Source of the DNA: Myxococcota bacterium
GTDB lineage: Bacteria; Myxococcota_A; Polyangia; Polyangiales; Sandaracinaceae
Direction: 5' to 3'
Assembly: GCA_036149055.1 (NCBI GenBank)
Contig: JAYZQJ010000205.1
Location: forward strand, 1 to 26,802
DNA length: 26,802 nt
A program made the position numbers and the translations under genes. Below the pieces are notes generated by a model. That model worked only from the letters and a program-made list of their open reading frames with translations. It ran no database searches and was not told the DNA's origin. Shown here one piece after another: positions 24,362 to 26,802 of the stretch. Numbering within the stretch: position 1 is the first letter of the stretch; each line of letters begins with the position of its first letter.

Positions 24362-24530
24362 CTGGCAGCGTGCGGCGAACATGCGCGTGATGGATCGACG
24401 AGCGCGACGTCGCGTCCAGCGCGGCGGGCCGACGACGAAATGCTTCAGCATTTCGGAGGAGCGACTGGCGTGCTGGGCGCGGCGTCCCGGCGGCGAGGCG
24501 CGCGCAGTCATGTTCGCCGCGCGTTGCTAG
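24362..24530 (+). ncRNA. Candidate structured RNA/leader: long rod-like hairpin
   Basis: 22-bp stem 24362-24383/24509-24530, 18-bp stem 24406-24423/24469-24486, apical CGAAATGCT-TC-AGCATTTCG; all six non-Watson-Crick pairs in the two long stems are G-U on the + strand. Confidence 0.5.
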
Positions 24531-24537
24531 GGGCCCC

Positions 24538-25980
24538 ATGACAACCGCCATCCGGAGAGCGCCGTTGCGTGTGGCGCTGGCCGCCCTCGGCGGAGCGGCG
24601 GCGGCGGGGTCCATCCTGTCCCTGGCGGCGCTGTGCCTGGCCGGGACCCTGGCCCTCGACCCGTGGTGGTGGGCGTCGCTGGTGGCGGCGGCGCTCGCCG
24701 GCGCGCTCGCGGCGGCCCAGGCGGTCCGGCGCGCCTTCGGCCGGCGGCTCAGCCTCCTGGCGGAGACCCTCGACCGGCGGGTGGAGCGCTCCGGCTTCCT
24801 CGACCGGGTCCCGGACCTCGGCGACGACGAGGTCGGCCGCATCGCGCGCTCGCTCAACGCGCTCCTGGCCCGCATCACCACCCTCCAGGGCGACGTCATC
24901 GACCGCAGCCGCGAGCTCGAGGCGACCCAGCAGGCGCTGGAGCTGGCCGAGGCGCTGGCCCACAAGCAGCGCGAGCTCGAGCAGCGGCTGCGCGAGCGGG
25001 CGCTGCTCTTCGAGGTGCTGCGCGAGAGCGCGTCGAGCCACGACCTCGACCGGGTGCTCAACCTCCTGGTGGCCCGCATCGGCCCGGCCCTGCGCGCGTC
25101 TCGCCTCGCGGTGCTCCTCCGCGACGACGACGGCCGCTACGAGGTGCGCGCGGCCCACGGCTTCGACCCGTCGCCGATCGGCGAGCGCATCGACCGCCCC
25201 GGCGCGGGCCCGCTCGCGATCGACCGCGGCATGATGCTGGTCCCGGACGTGTCCCGGGCCCCCAACGCCCTGAGCTTCTGGGACGCGCTCCCCGCGCGCG
25301 GCTCGTTCGCGGCCATCCCGATCGCGCACGGCGGCGCCGAGATCGGCCTGCTCGTCCTGACCCGGCCGGCCGACGACCCGCTCGGCGAGGTGGAGGCGCG
25401 CTACCTCGAGGCGGTCGCCGACCAGGCGGCGCTGGCGATCCACAACGCCCAGCTCATCGCCCGGCTCGAGGCGCTGAGCACCCACGACGAGCTGACCGGC
25501 CTGCCCAACCGCCGCCTGTTCTGGCGCCGGGTGAGCCGGGCTCTCGCGCGCGCCGACCGCTACGCCCACCCGCTCAGCGTGCTCGCGCTCGACGTCGATC
25601 ACTTCAAGAGCCTCAACGATCGCTGCGGTCACTCGGCCGGCGACGAGGCGCTGAAGGCGATCGCGGAGGTGCTGACGGATGAGATCCGCGAGGTCGACAC
25701 GGCGGCTCGCGTCGGCGGCGAGGAGCTCTGGGTGTTGCTCCCCGAGACCGACGAGGCGGGCGCGTCCGAGGTCGCCGAGAAGCTCCGCCGCCGCGTCGCG
25801 GCCCTCGACGTGACCGGCGCCGACGGCCAGCCCCTCGGCCACCTCTCGGTGAGCATCGGCGTCGCGACCCGCCTCCCCGGCGAGGGCGCCCGCGCCCTGC
25901 TCGACCGCGCCGACGGCGCCCTCTACGCCGCCAAACGCGGCGGCCGCGACCGCGTCGAGACCATCCCTCCTCCCGCCTGA
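24538..25980 (+). CDS. Membrane-anchored diguanylate cyclase (2 TM - HAMP - coiled coil - GAF - GGDEF)
   Basis: DDEVGRIARSLN (HAMP); GAF ending in QAALAIHNAQL; DELTGLPNRR, DVDHFKSLNDRCGHSAGD, RxxD I-site (REVD), GGEEL, SIGVA, ADGALYAAKRGGRDR. Confidence 0.95.
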   Translation: MTTAIRRAPLRVALAALGGAAAAGSILSLAALCLAGTLALDPWWWASLVAAALAGALAAAQAVRRAFGRRLSLLAETLDRRVERSGFLDRVPDLGDDEVGRIARSLNALLARITTLQGDVIDRSRELEATQQALELAEALAHKQRELEQRLRERALLFEVLRESASSHDLDRVLNLLVARIGPALRASRLAVLLRDDDGRYEVRAAHGFDPSPIGERIDRPGAGPLAIDRGMMLVPDVSRAPNALSFWDALPARGSFAAIPIAHGGAEIGLLVLTRPADDPLGEVEARYLEAVADQAALAIHNAQLIARLEALSTHDELTGLPNRRLFWRRVSRALARADRYAHPLSVLALDVDHFKSLNDRCGHSAGDEALKAIAEVLTDEIREVDTAARVGGEELWVLLPETDEAGASEVAEKLRRRVAALDVTGADGQPLGHLSVSIGVATRLPGEGARALLDRADGALYAAKRGGRDRVETIPPPA

Positions 25981-26012
25981 ACCCTTCTTCGGGGGCGCTT
26001 CGGCCTTTTGGC

Positions 26013-26602
26013 TCTCGCAAAGGCGCCAAGCCGCCAAGGGGATGGGTGGCGGCGGGATGGCGGATGGCCGGGCCTCGGCAGACTGCCCTCCGATCATGGG
26101 GGATCGAGTGACAGTTAATTTCTCGCAGAGTCGCAGAGACGCAGAGGGGTTGGGTGGCGACGGGATGGCGGATGGCCGGGCCTCGGCCGACCTCTTGGCG
26201 GACGCTTCGGCTTGTTGGCTCTCGCCAAGGCGCCAAGCCGCCAAGGGGATGGTTGGCGGCGGGATGGCGGATGGCCGGGCCTCGGCTGATCGCCGTCCTC
26301 TGTTCTCAGGGGGATCGAGAGAAAACTGATTTCACGCAAAGACGCAAAGACGCAAAGGGGGTGGGTGGCGGCGGGATGGCGGATGGCCGGGCCTTGGCTG
26401 ACCGCCCTCGATCATGGGGGGATCGAGTGACAGTTAATTTCTCGCAGAGTCGCAGAGACGCAGAGGGGTTGGGTGGCGGCGGGATGGCGGATGGCCGGGC
26501 CTCGGCTGATCGCCGTCCTCTGTTCTCAGGGGGATCGAGAGACAACTAATTTCACGAAAAGACGCAAAGACGCAAAGGGGGTGGGTGGCGGCGGGATGGC
26601 GG
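26013..26602 (+). repeat. Repeat array 3 (6 units at ~26013, 26121, 26220, 26332, 26440, 26552)
   Basis: Same triple 9-mer head and GG(G/T)TGGCG(G/A)CGGGATGG core, here followed by CGGATGGCCGGGCCTCGGC; tails recur (1~4, 3~5). Confidence 0.9.
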
Positions 26603-26802
26603 GTGGTGTTGCCGCGCAGGGTATTCGAGGGAGCTTCGCGCGGGCTACGTGATGGGCATCGCAGCGGCGGCGATGCTGGGCCAGGGGTGATGGCCATGAT
26701 GCTCGACGCGGGACGGACGGAGACGAGGGCCACCGCGTAGCCCGGCGTGGGTGCGCCGGCTCGCGATGGCCCTCGTGCTCGGCGGGTTCGAGTCAGTCGA
26801 TG

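Noticed and set aside
24362..24530. Hairpin as 6S RNA, SRP RNA or an integron attC site
   Set aside because: Size fits 6S, but I see neither its usual motifs nor the zapA/ygfA context; no SRP GNRA domain; the AAC/GTT flanks do not fit RYYYAAC/GTTRRRY and there is no cassette array. Left unnamed pending an Rfam scan.
25714..25730. GGEEL as a degenerate (inactive) cyclase site
   Set aside because: GG[DE]E and the metal/substrate-binding DxDxFKxxND motif are intact; F-to-L at the last position alone does not show inactivity.
1548..26602. The three ~100-112-bp arrays as CRISPR arrays
   Set aside because: The constant part is long, internally tandem and degenerate; the 'spacers' are related or duplicated; there are no cas genes or AT-rich leader.
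26603..26802. Possible gene start at the right edge
   Set aside because: The ATG at ~26697 closes after ~15 codons; the later ATG leaves too little sequence to judge.

Overview
Very GC-rich bacterial DNA with a gene style typical of Myxococcota (many Cys-rich lipoproteins, a STAS/SEC14-like protein, an orphan VgrG); this assignment is inferred. The window contains: (i) a left accessory zone of small membrane, lipoprotein and Tat-exported proteins; (ii) a two-gene operon of large, divergent, thioester-less alpha-2-macroglobulin-like proteins, each with a GspG/pseudopilin-like insert next to the bait region; (iii) an orphan T6SS spike/effector module (vgrG, DUF2169, DUF4150/PIPY fused to a beta-rich amphipathic tail, a tandem PsbP/DcrB-like protein and a Cys-rich lipoprotein), preceded on the same strand by TetR, a conserved hypothetical gene and a MepA-like endopeptidase; (iv) a tRNA with anticodon CAT and a near-consensus sigma70 promoter, followed by a ~170-nt G-U-rich rod hairpin and a HAMP-GAF-GGDEF diguanylate cyclase; (v) three intergenic arrays (15 units, ~100-112 bp period) of one repeat family, each co-oriented with the gene it follows. 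All family calls come from motifs recognised by eye; no searches were run.
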